Source of the DNA: Squalus acanthias
Lineage: Eukaryota
NCBI GenBank assembly: GCA_030390025.1
Contig: CM059432.1
Location: 93,064,001 to 93,128,000 of the forward strand
Reading direction: 5' to 3'
DNA: 64,000 bases
Positions 38,458-51,069 of the stretch are shown one piece after another (within the stretch, counting starts at the first letter, position 1; each line of letters begins with the position of its first letter). The notes beneath the pieces were generated by a model that was given only the letters and a program-made list of their open reading frames with translations, had not been told where the DNA came from and did not search any database. The translations under genes were made by a program, and so were the position numbers.

Positions 38458-40366
38458 TCAAGAGGGGCAAAATAGCTTACGAAAGCAAGCTGGCGGAAAA
38501 TATAAAAACTAACTCCAAAAGCTTTTATAAGTATATCAAGAGGAAAAGACTGGTGAAAACCAAAGTTGGCCCATTGCAGTCAGATACGGGGGAATATATA
38601 ACGGGAAATAAAGAAATGGCAGACCAACTAAATGCATACTTTGGGTCAGTCTTTACGAAGGAAGACACAAAAAACCTCCCTGGGATATCGGGAAAAATAG
38701 GGACATTTGCAAAGGAGGAAATGACGCAAGTCAATATCTCTAAGGATATGGTGTTAAGGAAGCTAAAGGGATTGAAGGCGGACAAATCCCCAGGGCCTGA
38801 TAACATGCATCCTAGGGTGCTGAAGGAGGTGGCCCTAGAGATAGCGGATGCACTAAGTATGATTTTTCAGAATTCATTAGACTCGGGAACAGTGCCCATG
38901 GATTGGAGGGTAGCTAACGTTACCCCACTATTCAAAAAGGGGGGTAGGGAAAAAGCAGGTAATTACAGACCTGTAAGCCTTACATCAGTTGTGGGCAAAA
39001 TGCTGGAGTCCATCATTAAGGATGAAATAGCGGAGCACTTAGCAAATGGGGACAGGATAGGACAGAGTCAACATGGATTTACAAAGGGTAAATCGTGCTT
39101 GACTAATCTATTGGAATTTTTTGAGGGAGTAACTGGTAAAATAGATGGGGGAGAGCCAGTAGATGTGGTGTACCTGGACTTCCAAAAGGCCTTCGATAAG
39201 GTCCCACATAAAAGATTAGCAGGGAAAATTGAAGCTCATGGGATAAAGGGGAAAGTATTGACGTGGATAGAGAACTGGCTGTCAGACAGAAAACAGAGAG
39301 TTGGAATAAACGGCTCATTTTCTGAATGGCAGGCAGTAACAAGTGGGGTACCACAGGGATCTGTCCTGGGTCCCCAGCTGTTCACAATTTACATTAATGA
39401 CCTGGATCAGGGAGTCGGATGCAGCATTTCCAAATTTGCAGACGACACTAAACTAGGAGGGGGGGTGGGCTCAGAGGAGGAGACCAGGAAGCTCCAGAGC
39501 GATTTGGACAGACTGGGTGATTGGGCGGATAAATGGCAGATGCACTATAATGTGGACAAGTGCGAAGTTATCCACCTTGGGTGCAGGAACGGGAGGGCAA
39601 ATTATTATTTAAATGGCAATAAATTGGGAGAGGGGGAAGTACAGAGAGACCTGGGTGTTCTTGTACACCAGTCACTGAAGGCGAGCATGCAGGTGCAACA
39701 GGCGATCAAGAAGGCAAACGGTATGCTGGCCTTCATAGCAAAAGGGTTGGAATACAGGAACAGGGATACCTTGCTGCAGCTGTACAGGGCACTGGTGAGA
39801 CCACACCTCGAGTACTGTGTACAGTTTTGGTCGCCTCATCTGAGGAAAGATGTTCTTGCCATGGAGGGGGTGCAGCGGCGATTCACCAGGCTGATACCAG
39901 GAATGGCGGGATTGACCTATGAGGAGAGACTATGTAGTTTAGGGATGTACACATTGGAGTTTAGAAGATTGAGAGGGGACCTCATAGAAGTGTATAAAAT
40001 TCTGACAGGTCTAGACAGACTAGATGCAGAAGGAATGTTTCCCTTGGCGGGTGAGAACAGAACTAGAGGACATAATTTAAGGATAAGGGCTAAACCATTT
40101 AGGACAGAAATGAGGGGGAATTTCTTCACTCAGAGGGTGGTGAACCTGTGGAACTCATTGCCACAGAGGGCAGTGTACGCCAGCTCATTAAATATATTTA
40201 AGAGGGAATTAGATATATTTCTACAGGCAAAAGGGGTTAAGGGTTACGGAGAGAAGGCGGGGACGGGATACTGAATTGGAGGATCAGCCATGATCTCATT
40301 AAATGGCGGAGCAGGCTCTAAGGGCCGGATGGCCTACTCCTGCTCCTATCTTCTATGTATCTATGT
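38458..40366 (+). mobile_element. Young 5'-truncated CR1 (HER1-like) LINE
   Basis: Uninterrupted RT ORF followed by a 3' UTR (GGAGCAGGCTCTAAGGGCCGGATGGCCTACTCC) and a (TCTATGT)-type repeat tail. Confidence 0.92.
38553..40274 (+). CDS. CR1 ORF2 reverse transcriptase (573 aa open, endonuclease missing)
   Basis: [60 protein letters not shown]. Confidence 0.85.
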   Translation: MKTKVGPLQSDTGEYITGNKEMADQLNAYFGSVFTKEDTKNLPGISGKIGTFAKEEMTQVNISKDMVLRKLKGLKADKSPGPDNMHPRVLKEVALEIADALSMIFQNSLDSGTVPMDWRVANVTPLFKKGGREKAGNYRPVSLTSVVGKMLESIIKDEIAEHLANGDRIGQSQHGFTKGKSCLTNLLEFFEGVTGKIDGGEPVDVVYLDFQKAFDKVPHKRLAGKIEAHGIKGKVLTWIENWLSDRKQRVGINGSFSEWQAVTSGVPQGSVLGPQLFTIYINDLDQGVGCSISKFADDTKLGGGVGSEEETRKLQSDLDRLGDWADKWQMHYNVDKCEVIHLGCRNGRANYYLNGNKLGEGEVQRDLGVLVHQSLKASMQVQQAIKKANGMLAFIAKGLEYRNRDTLLQLYRALVRPHLEYCVQFWSPHLRKDVLAMEGVQRRFTRLIPGMAGLTYEERLCSLGMYTLEFRRLRGDLIEVYKILTGLDRLDAEGMFPLAGENRTRGHNLRIRAKPFRTEMRGNFFTQRVVNLWNSLPQRAVYASSLNIFKRELDIFLQAKGVKGYGEKAGTGY

Positions 40367-40695
40367 AAAAAGGCCCTAAAACCTGAAAAAAAAAACCACC
40401 ACCAACTTTTTACAAACTCACTCCAACTCCCTGCAGTAATCAAGCAACCAGCAGCATCTACTCACTCCTAGCCCCTCCCACCTAGAGAGTGCTACCCACT
40501 GAGCCACTGGCTGACACTACAGCAAGGGTTCAATAATTTTCTAATTTGGGAAATAACAGGTATGCAATCAGATTGTGGCTTTGCTCTTCAAAAGCAGAGA
40601 AAAGGAAAGTAAAACATCCGAAGAAAAGAAAGTTGGAACATGTATCAAACTATTTTAAAATGTGAGTCGTTAATGTGACTTGATCTGGTTTTATT

Positions 40696-41366
40696 GGGGG
40701 GGAAAATTGGGTCGCGCCCCCTTTGGTGCGCTAGCGCCCCGAAAAAGTTAGCACCCCCGCACCTGAAATTCACCGGTAGCTACTGGAAGCGCCCCGCCTC
40801 CCTCCTGGGGCGCTGCGAGTGAATATCGCGGGGCTACGTGCCGCAGCGCCACGCTCTACGGCACGTCGCGCTGCAGTACTGCAGGCTTTCCTCCCCTTAT
40901 TAAAGGGGTGGGGCCTAGCGCAGCGTGACCTGGGGGCCCAGCTGGGCCACCAGGGATCGGAGTGCCGACAAAAGAGCCCAGCACTCAAGAGAAGTGCGGG
41001 ACTCACGGAGCGCAGCCGGCACTCCGCGGAGGGGGGGGGGGGGGGGGGGGCTTCACAGGAGGCCGGGGACGGCAAAGCGGGCAGGTGCTGGCAAGCGGCC
41101 AGCAATAAAAATGGCCGCCCGGCACCTTCCCTTTAATTTGCGCCACCCCGGCCGCAGGTAGGCCCTCCCGACCCAGTCGGACATAGCGTCCGCCGGTAAG
41201 TCAGAAGGCGCTGTGCATGGTGATGACGCCATCGCCGGCGGCGCAGCGCCGCGCTAACGGTTACCGGCGCTGCTAACACCTCCCGCGAAATTCAGCGCTG
41301 GTTGCTTTGCGCCCCGTTAGCGCCCCAGGGCGCTAACGAGGCGCAAATCAACCGAATTTTTCCCCC
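40696..41366. mobile_element. Harbinger-type MITE (GGGGGAAAAATT family), inverted relative to 5437 and 13349
   Basis: TIRs, ATT TSD and GCGCC-rich subterminal regions. Confidence 0.82.
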
Positions 41367-41504
41367 ATTGTGTTCCTCATCATTATAAATAACATGATTT
41401 CAGTGACTATGATCTATTCTTGTCGTGAATGAATGATTGATCAGTCATTTTTTGCAAGACATGGGAGAAGTTGGATACAATCTTTTTTCTGTGATTGACT
41501 AAAG

Positions 41505-41909
41505 AAGAACTTGCATTTGTCCTAAAGCACTTCACAACCAATTAAGTACCCTGAAGTGTAGTCACTTTTGTAACATAGGGAAACACAGCAGCTAACTCGC
41601 ACAAAGCAATGAGATAAATTACCAGATAATTTGTTTTGATGGTGTTGATTGAGGGATAATGTTGGTCAGGACACTGGGAGAACTCCCTGCGCTTCTTTGA
41701 ACAGTGTCATGGGATCTTTTGCATCCACCGATGGGCAGACATGGCCTCAGTTTAACATCCCATCCGAAAGACGGCACCTCCGACAGTGCAGCTCTCCCTC
41801 AGTACTGCACGTGTCAACCTAGTTTATGTACTCAAGTCTCTGGAGTGAGAGGAACTCATAACCGTATGATTACAGAGGCAACAGTGCTACCACTGAGCCA
41901 AAGCTGACA
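41505..41909 (-). mobile_element. DeuSINE/SacSINE1-like SINE
   Basis: Homologous to 30097-30545; box A TGGCTCAGTGG on the minus strand. Confidence 0.8.
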
Positions 41910-42044
41910 TCTAGCTAGACTAATGAGCGTTCACACTGCTTCTGCCGCTAAACAGGCAACTTGACTGTTTCAAAAGCAAAAATTCAACATGACAGCTGTT
42001 AATGTACAAATCTTGCTGTTAATGTCTCAATGACAACCTTGGAA

Positions 42045-42749
42045 ACAAGAACTTACATTTATACAACACCTTTAACGTAGTAAAACGTCCCAAGGTGCTT
42101 CACAGGAGCGTTATGAAACAAAATTTGACACCGAGCCACACAAGGAGATATTAGGGTAGATGACCAAAAGCTTGGTCAAAGAGGTAGGTTTGAAGGAGCG
42201 TCTTAAAGGAGGAAAGAGAGGTAAGAGAGGCGGAGAGGTTTAGGGAGGGAATTCCAGAGCTTAGGGCCTTGGCAGCTGAAGGCACGGCCACCAATGGCTG
42301 AGCGATTAAAATCAGGGATGCTAAAGAAGCCAGAATTTGAGGAGCGCAGATATCTCGGGGGGTTGTGGGGCTGGAGGAGGTTACAGAGATAGGGAGGGGT
42401 GAGGCCATGGAGGGATTCGAAAACAAGGATGAGAATTTTGAAATCGAGGCATTGCTTAACCGGGAGCCAATGTAGGTCAGCGAGCACAGGGGTGATGGGT
42501 GAACGGGACTTGGTGCGAGTTAGGACACGAGCAGCCGAGTTTTGGATGACTTCAAGTTTACGGAGGGTAGAACGTGGGAGGCCAGCCAGGAGTGCGTTGG
42601 AATAGTCAAGTCTAGAGGTAACAAAGGCATGGATGAGGGTTTCAACAGCAGGTGAGCTGAGGCAGGGGCTGAGTTGGGCGATGTTACGGAGGTGGAAATT
42701 GGCGGTCTTAGTAATGGCGCAAATATGTGTCGGAAGCTCATTTCAGGGC
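42045..42749 (-). mobile_element. L2-like LINE 3' fragment
   Basis: LADLHWLPVKQCLDFKILILVF ... GGRAFSCQGPKLWNSLP plus 3' UTR. Confidence 0.88.
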
Positions 42750-43469
42750 CAAGCCTGCTTTAGCCATGATACCATGCAGGCACTTGTGAACATTTTTGAA
42801 GTCATATAGGAAGCTATTGCTGAGGCGCCACAAAGCAGGCAGACAAAGTGAATGCAGTTACCACCCCATTCTGGACATGGAAAGCAGTGCGCAGGAAGCT
42901 ATGATATGAAAAGAGCACAAAAGTAAATATGACCATTGTGTTAACATGATGAAAATAGCTGCTACTATCTAGATAGACAAGTACAGGTCATAGTTGTCAG
43001 CATTAGGGAATTGTTGACAATTCTCGGAAAGGTATCAAACAGCATGAACAGCAAAACAGCATCAGAACACAAACAGATTCAGGACGTGCTAATAGTGAAG
43101 CCATTCAAATAGACACTTTTCTGAAGAAAATGAGTTGTAAACTACATATAATCAAGATGCAAGAAGCAAGCAAATGTATGTTTAGACTTGAAATGTGATT
43201 GTTTAAATTGTTCTGAAGCACAGGAGTGAAGCAAACATTCTACCTTGTATTTAGGGTTCTACCTTTAATGTAATACAGAATAGTTTCCTATTTGCTCTCG
43301 TGTTGTAGGCCAAGTTTGCTCACAATCAGAAAGCTTTGATGGCCACAGTGTTCCTCAGTCCCAGGAGAAGCCCCTAAGTGTGCATGAAGACCTTACTGCT
43401 GAACAATTCAGGCTGCTGCAGCACATCAAGACCAGTCACTTGGATCTGTGGGCATCTCAGTTTTAAAAA

Positions 43470-44713
43470 ATTCATTCATGGGATGTGGGTGTCGCTGGCA
43501 ACGCCAGTATTTATTGCCCATCCCTAATTGCCCTCGAGAAGGTGGTGGTGAGCCACCTTCTTGAACTGCTGTAGTCCGTAAGTTGAAGGTACTCCCACAG
43601 TGCTGTTAGGGAGGGATTTCCAGGATTTTGACCCAGCAATGATGAAGGAACGGCAATATACTTCTAAGACAGGATAGTGGGTGACTTGGAGGGGAACTTG
43701 CAGGTGGTGGTGTTCCCATGCACCTGCTGCCCTTGTCCTTCTAGGTGGTAGAGGTCGCGGGTTTGGAAGGTGCTGCCGAAGAAGCCTTGGCAAGTTGCTG
43801 CAGTGCATCTTGTAGATAGTACACACTGCAGATACCGTGCGCCGGTGGTGGAGGGAGTGAATGTTTAAGGTGGTGGATGGGGTGCCAATCAAGCGGGCTG
43901 CTTTGTCCTGGATGGTGTCGAGCTTCTTGAGTGTTGTCGGAGCTGCGCTCATCCAGGTGGAGAGTATTCCATCACTCTCCTGACTTGTGCCTTGTAGATG
44001 GTGGAAAGGAGGTAAGACACTCGTCGCAGAATACCCAGCCTCTGATCAGCTCTTGTAGCCACAGTATTTATGTGGCAGGTCCAGTTAAGTTTCTGGTCAA
44101 TGGTGACCATCAGGATGTTAATGGTGGGGGATTCAAAGATGGTAACGCAATTGAATGTCATGGGGAGGTGGTTAGACTTTTTCTTGTTGGAGATGGTCAT
44201 TGCCTGGCACTTGTGTGGCGCGAATGTTAATTGCCACTTATCAGCCCAAGCCTGAATGTTGTCCAGGTCTTGCTGCATGCGGGCACGGACTGCTTCATTA
44301 TCTGTGGAGTTGCAAATGGAACTGAACACTGTGCAATCATCAGTGAACATCCACACTTCTGACCTTATGATGGAGGGAAGGTAATTGATGAAGCAGCTGA
44401 AGATGGTTGGGCCTAGGACACTGCCCTGAGGAACTCCTGCAGCGATGTCATGGGCTGAGATGATTGGCATCTAACAACCACAGTCATCTTCCTTTGTGCT
44501 AGGTATAACTCTAGCCAGTGGAGTGTTTTCCTGGATTCCGATTGATTTCAATTTTACTAGGGCTCCTTGATGCCACACTCGGTCAAATGCTGCCTTGATG
44601 TCAAGGGCAGTCGCTCTCACCTCACCTCTGGAATTCAGCTCTTTTGTCCATGTTTGGACCAAGGCTGTAATGAGGTCTGGTGGTGAGTGGTCCTGGCGGA
44701 ACCCAAACTGAGC
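43470..44713 (-). mobile_element. EN/RT LINE (CR1/Jockey group, distinct from HER1), 5'-truncated
   Basis: ALDIKAAFDRVWH, GVPQGSVLGP, FTDDCTVF, YKAQVRRVMEY. 3' end shared with three other copies. Confidence 0.85.
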
Positions 44714-44879
44714 ATTCTGTTGGGTATGCCCACAAAGCAGTTAGCCTCTGGCATCTACAACTGAAGCTATATGCATGCTGTGTTGGTTTGCACTCACACA
44801 CAGAGGGATGTGCACTGGCCACAGGACTGGGTGTTTGGGCCCCAATTTCTAGCATCCGGTAGTCCAGGAAAAGGCTGTT

Positions 44880-45030
44880 CACAACCACTGGGAAAAAATG
44901 CTCACAGATGATGAGGGACCACCATGATTAAAGCATCTAACCCAATATGAGAAGATGGTCCTTGGCATATGTGGCCTCAGGTGTGTGGAAGATGTATACA
45001 GGCGAAAGTTCAGAGGAGTGCTGCCTTCAC
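44880..45030 (+). pseudogene. Possible relic of a Harbinger Myb-like gene exon 2
   Basis: EGPP*LKHLTQYEKMVLGICG resembles GGGQATVQTLSRQEEPLLDIIVG in the 55707-55869 exon. Confidence 0.3.
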
Positions 45031-45629
45031 TCAGCAAGTATCCTCCTTTTGTTTCTCTCATTGCTACCCTTAATCAGTCTCTCACTCAGTAACACAGAGG
45101 CAGTCAATGCACAAAAGTAGCATGGCACACAATATATTGATATTATGTTTGTAGGATTTTTACACGAGATATTTTCCTTGAGTTCAACAACACAGACAAC
45201 TCCCATAAGTGAGCACATACTCCATGACCTGCCGAGTGTCTCCACCTGCCCAGTGTCTAGGTAAAAAAAAGCAAGCGCCCCCCATGTTCATGGAGACACT
45301 CTTCTTTTCTCTCTCATCCAGTTCACGAACCCTTCTCCCTCAATTCATAGTGACACTTTTCTCCCCCTTCAGTTCATACTAGCAATTTTTTCACCCTTCT
45401 CAATTCCTGTTGGCATTCTTCCTCTTTTCCTTGCCACGCCCAGATCCTAACTGAACTTAACAGAGATGAAACTATGCTGTGGCTAGGAATTTTTGTAAGA
45501 TCAGGAATTCCCACAGAGCAAAGTTCCATCCACCAGAACACCAGCATTCATCAGTTAGGAGCCAGGGGTAGCGCTGAGAGCCAGATTCCGCAGTATTACC
45601 AGGAGTCACACAGAACCCGGTGTGATGGA

Positions 45630-45765
45630 AGAACATAAGAATTAGGAGCAGGAGGAGGCCATATGGCCCTTCGAGCCTGCTCCGCCATTCAATAAGATCA
45701 TGGCTGATCTTCGACCTCAACTCCACTTTCCCGCCCGACCCCCATATCCCTTGCTTCCCCTAGAG
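45630..45765 (-). mobile_element. CR1/HER1 3' end fragment
   Basis: Reverse complement of 40230-40360. Confidence 0.8.
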
Positions 45766-46393
45766 TCAGAAGCAGTGCTCACTTTATGCTGCCCTGGGTA
45801 AAATGTGTCATAAACCTAATGTGACTATGCCCCAGGTCATGTTATGACTTCATAATGTATCAATCAAACAACAGATAGAGTACTGTGTGAAAATAGAACA
45901 ATGAAAGGACTGGGGCCATTATTAAAATGTAATGTAATAACATTTAGGCTTTCAGTCATTTGCTGACAATCCAAAGCCTCCTTTATCTTCAACCCTAGTG
46001 ATCATTTAAACACCTGATACCATGTGAATTAATGATAATGGTGGGTCTTGAGTTGCATGTAATTAAAGCTAGATATTGTGAAACCCACTATTACAATTCT
46101 CTCTTGAAGATACACACATCTGAAATATCATATGATTTAGCTTAAGCATGTCAACTGTGAAAACGATTAGAATGGTCATTGCTAACTGACAATTTTCCTT
46201 ATTGCTGGCCACAATTTAGACCGTGTTAAGGTCAGTTTTTTTCATTGTTTCCTGCAAGTACAGAGAACTTACATTACAGTTTAGCTAATATTGGCACCAC
46301 AGAGCAAGGGAGGAACATGCATAATTCAGGAAGTCCATGGTATTTATGGTCTGATTGCTGCCCTTGAATGTGGATAGACCTGTCCAGCAGATA

Positions 46394-48066
46394 TTTTTTT
46401 ATTCGTTTCAGGATGTGAGCATCGCTGGCAAGGCCTGCATTTATTGCCCATCCCTAGTTGCCCTTGAGAAGGTGGTGGTGAGCCGCCTTCTTGAACCGCT
46501 GCAGTCCGTGTGGTGAAGGAACTCCCACAGTGCTGTTAGGTAGTTCCAGGATTTTGATCCAGCGACGATGAAGGAACGGCGATATACTTCCAAGTCAGGA
46601 TGGTGTGTGACTTGGAGGGGAACTTGGAGGTGGTGGTGTTCCCATGCGCCTGCTGCCCTTGTACTTCTAGGTGGAAGAGGTTGTGGGTTTGGGAGGTACT
46701 GCCGAAGAAGCCTTGGCGAGTTGCTGTAGTGCATCTTGTAGATGGTACACACTGCAGCCACGGTACGTCGGTGGTGGAGGGAGTGCCAATCAAACGGACT
46801 GCTTTGTCCTGGATGGTGTTGAGCTTCTTGAGTGTTGTTGCAGCTGCACTCATCCAGGCAAGTGGAGAGTATTCCATCACACTCCTTACTTGTACCTTGG
46901 AGATAGTGGCAAGGCTTTGGGGAGTCAGGAGGTGAGACACTTGCCGCAGAATACCCGGCCTCTGACCTGCTCTTGTTGCCACAGTATTTATGTGGCTGGT
47001 CCAGTTATGTTTCTGGTCAATGGTGACCCCCCGCCAGGATGATGATGGTGGGGGATTTGGCGATGGTAATGCCGTTGAATGTCAAGGGTAGGTGGTTAGA
47101 CTCTCGCTTGTTGGAGATAGTCATTGCCTGGCACTTGTGTGGCACGAATGTTACTCGCCATTTATCAGCCCAAGCCTGAATGGTGTCCAGCTCTTGTTGC
47201 ATGCGGGCCTTAACTGCTTCATTTTCTGAGGAGTTGCAAATTCAACTGAACACTGTGCAATCATCAGGGAACATCCCCACTTCTGACCTTATGATGGAGG
47301 GAAGGTCCTTGATGAAGCAGCTGAAGATGGTTGGGCCTAGGATACCGCCCTGAGGAACTCCTGCAGCGATGTCCTGGGGCTGAGATCATTGACCTCCAAC
47401 AACCACAACCATTGTGCTTTGTGCTAAGTATGACTCCAGCCAGTGAAGAGTTTTCCCCGTTTCCCATTGACTTCAATTTTACTAGAGCTCCTTGATGCCA
47501 CACTTCGTCAAATGCTGCCTTGATGTCAAGGGCAATCACTCTCACCTCACCTGTGGAATTCAGCTCTTTTGTCCATGTTTGGACCAAGGCTGTAATGAGG
47601 TCTGGAGGCGAGTGGGATCTGGCGGAACCCAAACTGAGCATCGGTGAGCAGGTTATTGGTGAGTAAGTGTCGCTTGATAGCACTGTCGACGACACCTTCC
47701 ATCACTTTGCTGAGATTGGCCGGATTGGATTTATCCTGCTTTTTATGGACAGGACATACCTGGGCAGTTTTCCACATTGTCTGGTAGCTGCCAGTGTTGT
47801 AGCTGTACTGGAACAGCTGGCTAGAGGCACAGCTAGTTCTGCAGCACAAGTCTTCAGCACGATAGCTAGGATGTTGTTGGGGCCCATAGCCTTTGCTGTA
47901 TCCAGTGTGCTCAACCGTTTCTTGATATCACGTGGAGTGAATCGAATTGGCTGAAGACTGGCTTCTGTGATGGTGGGGACCTCAGGTTGAGGCCGATATG
48001 GATCATCCACTCGGCACTTCTGGCTGCAGATGGTTGCAAATGCTTCAGCCTTGTCTTTTGCACTCA
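46394..48066 (-). mobile_element. EN/RT LINE copy, 5'-truncated and frameshifted
   Basis: ORF fragments 46441-48079 carry RT motifs homologous to 60895-63870. Confidence 0.85.
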
Positions 48067-49164
48067 ATATATTTGGCACAGTTCTATGAAACTAGCCATC
48101 TCATTCAATTTAAAACCTCCTAGGTGATTGTCATTCTGGGGTACTGATTCCTGATTGACAACTGTGTCTAGGTGAAGTCATGAGTAGGGTCTGTGAATGG
48201 GGGCAGGTTAAATTATTCTTTGTAGTTCTACTGATAGATCCCTGAGGCCAGGGGTTTATATTGGGCTGCCTACCATTAGCTCAACAGTCAGTCCATAGCC
48301 AGCAGAGAAACGGTGCTAGTTTGACTTTGTGATGGTGTTTCACCATATAGGAAGTGCACTTCTATTTTCATGATCCAAAATATGTTGAGAGATAACTGAG
48401 GGAAAAGTGCTCTTTATTGTTTAGACTTATATCGAACAGGATAGTAGTTTGTAATTACTGTACCATATACTGTTTTGCACTGATTACTATTCATTTACCC
48501 GCTCTATATTAAATAAACCATTTGTTAGTTTATAGCCTGAGCCACGGTCTGTGCAATCTGCCGATTGCAGAAGAGAAGAATCATGTGGTGGCTATTCCAG
48601 TAAGCCAGTGTACAGTGCCAAGGGCTCTCTGCTGAATCCCTGGTTTTTTTATGTTCACTTAAATATTGGGCAGGTAAAGACACATTTGGGTTTGTACGGT
48701 ACGTAAGGTCTACTTAAGGGAATGGTCAGTGATGCTGCACCTGAATAGATTATCCAATGTAAATACTAAAAACATATGGCTAAACATGGAGGAAGATTTC
48801 CTTTGTTTGGCATTTGTAAATGTAAAATTGTAGATTACGGTCCAAAAATGTGTTTATGATTTTGATGCAAATAGGCAACAGAGAAATTTTCTTCACTTGT
48901 GTACATATAGGCCCTCAACTTGCAGCATGATATAATAGCAGACAAATGCTTAACGTTTTTGTCTGAAATTTCTCTCACCGCTATTTTAGCGGAGGTGTTG
49001 AAATATATGCCAAATTCTCACGTGGGATCTTTTTGAAGGATTGTAATGATGAGAGCATTGTAACATATGTTCCTCTTCAGGAAGTTGCTCCAGGGCTCAG
49101 TGTCGATCAGCTCCATAGCATCTCACAGTATCCAATGCCACTCACTCCAGCACAATGAACACTA

Positions 49165-50243
49165 GCTCAAGTGGCTGGAGTCATACCTAGCAGAAAGGAA
49201 GATGGTTGTGGTGGTTGAAGGTCAATCATCACAGCCTCAGGACATCACTGCAGAAGTTCCTCAGGGCAGTGTCCTAGGCCCAACCATCTTCAGCTGCTTC
49301 ATCAATGACCTTCCCTCCAACATAAGGTCAGAAATGGGGATGTTCGCTGATGACTGCAGTGTTCAGCGCCATTCACAACTCCTCAGATAATGAAGCAGTC
49401 CATGCCCGCATGCAACAAGACCTGGACGACGTTCAGGCTTGGGCTGATAAGTGGCAGGTAACATTCGTGCCACTTAAGTGCCAGGCAATGACTATCTCCA
49501 ACAAACGAGAGTCTAACCACCTCCCCATGACATTCAATGGCATTACCATCGCTGAATCTCCCACTATCAACATCCTGGGGGTCACCATTAACCAGAAACT
49601 TAACTGGACCAGCCACATAAATACTGTGGCAACAAGAGCAGGTCCGAGGCTAGGTATTCTGCGGCGAGTGTCTCACCTCCTGACTCCTCAAAGCCTTTCC
49701 ACCATCTACAAGGCACAAGTAAGGAGTGTGATGGAATACTTTCCACTTGCCTGGATGAGTGCAGTTCCAACAACACTCAAGAAGCTCGACACCATCCAGG
49801 ACAAAGCAGCCCGCTTGATTGGCACCCCATCCACCACCTTAAACATTCACTCCCTCCACCACTGGCGTACTGTGGCTGCAGTGTGTACCATCTACAAGAT
49901 GCACTGCAGCAACTTGCCAAGGCTTCTTCGGCAGCACCTCCCAAACCCACGACCTCTTCCACCTAGAAGTACAACGGCAGCAGGCGCATGGGAACACCAC
50001 CACCTGCAAGTTCCCCTCCAAGTCACACACCACCCTGACTTGAAAGTATATCGCCGTTCCTTTATCGTCGCTGGGTCAAAATCCTGGAACTCCCTAACAG
50101 CACTGTGGGAGTTCCTTCACCACACGGACTGCAGCGGTTCAAGAAGGCAGCTCACCACCAGCTTCTCAAGGGCAACTAGGGATGGGCAATAAATGCTGGC
50201 ATTACCAGCGACACCCTGATCCCATAAACGAATAAAAAAAAAA
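49165..50243 (+). mobile_element. EN/RT LINE copy, 5'-truncated, with poly(A) tail
   Basis: VPQGSVLGP and MFADDC; ORF 49350-50192; ends GAATAAAAAAAAAA. Confidence 0.85.
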
Positions 50244-50244
50244 G

Positions 50245-50865
50245 GACGCCATTAGGCCCACCAAGCCTGTGCCGGCTCTTTGGTACAGCTATCCAATTAA
50301 TTCCACTACCCTGCTCTTTCCCCATAGTCCTGTAATTTTTTCCCTTCAAGTATTTATCCAATTCTCTTTTGAAAGAATCTGCTTCCACCATCCTTTCAGG
50401 AAGTGCATTCCAGATCACAACAACTCGCTGTGTAAAAAAATGTTTCCACATGTCCACATCTCACCTCTTTGCCCATCAACTTAAATATGTATCCTCTGGT
50501 TACCGACCCTTCTGCCACTGGTAACAATTTCTCCTTATTTACTCAAAATCGTTCATGATTTTGAACACCTCTATCAAATCTCCTTTTAACCATCTCTGCT
50601 CTAAGGAGAATAACCATAGCTTCTCCAGTCTCTCCATATAACTGAAGCCCCCTTCCCTGGTACCATTCTAGTCAATCTCTTCTGCACCCTCTCCAAGGCC
50701 TTGAACATCCTTCCTAAAGGGTGGTGCCCAGAATTGAACACAATACTCTAGCTAAGGCCTAACCTGTATTTTATAAGGGTTTAGCCTAACCTCTTTGCTT
50801 TTGTACTCTATTCCTCTATTAATAAAGCCAAGGATCCCATATGCTTTTTTAACAGCCTTCTCAAC
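50245..50865 (-). mobile_element. CR1 (HER1-like) 3' fragment
   Basis: HFFTQRVVVIWNALP and FKRELDKYL; GILGFINRGIEY upstream. Confidence 0.8.
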
Positions 50866-51069
50866 AATAGTTTTATTATTTTTATGGTACAAGGAACAGT
50901 AGGAACTAGTTACATCTCAATCGAAACTGTATTCTGTTCATTTGTGCATTGTGTGTAAAATAAACCAGTTTGTTGGTTTATAATTGTGCATCATCTCACT
51001 AGAGTACTTTTCAGTCCACCTACTGTAAAGACAGGAAAACACATGCACGATGTCACCACCAAACACATA

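Larger units (their letters stand above)
31022..40484 (-). mobile_element. Near full-length Tx1-type (L1 clade) non-LTR retrotransposon with three nested insertions
   Basis: ORF1 with CCHC knuckles and ORF2 with APE, RT and a C-terminal zinc motif. AATAAA and short poly(A) at 31021-31044. 16-bp TSD (13/16 identical) at 31006-31021 and 40485-40500. Confidence 0.9.

Noticed and set aside
41031..41050. 20-nt poly-G run as a functional G-quadruplex
   Set aside because: Homopolymer expansion inside a MITE, not evident in sibling copies, and of unreliable length.
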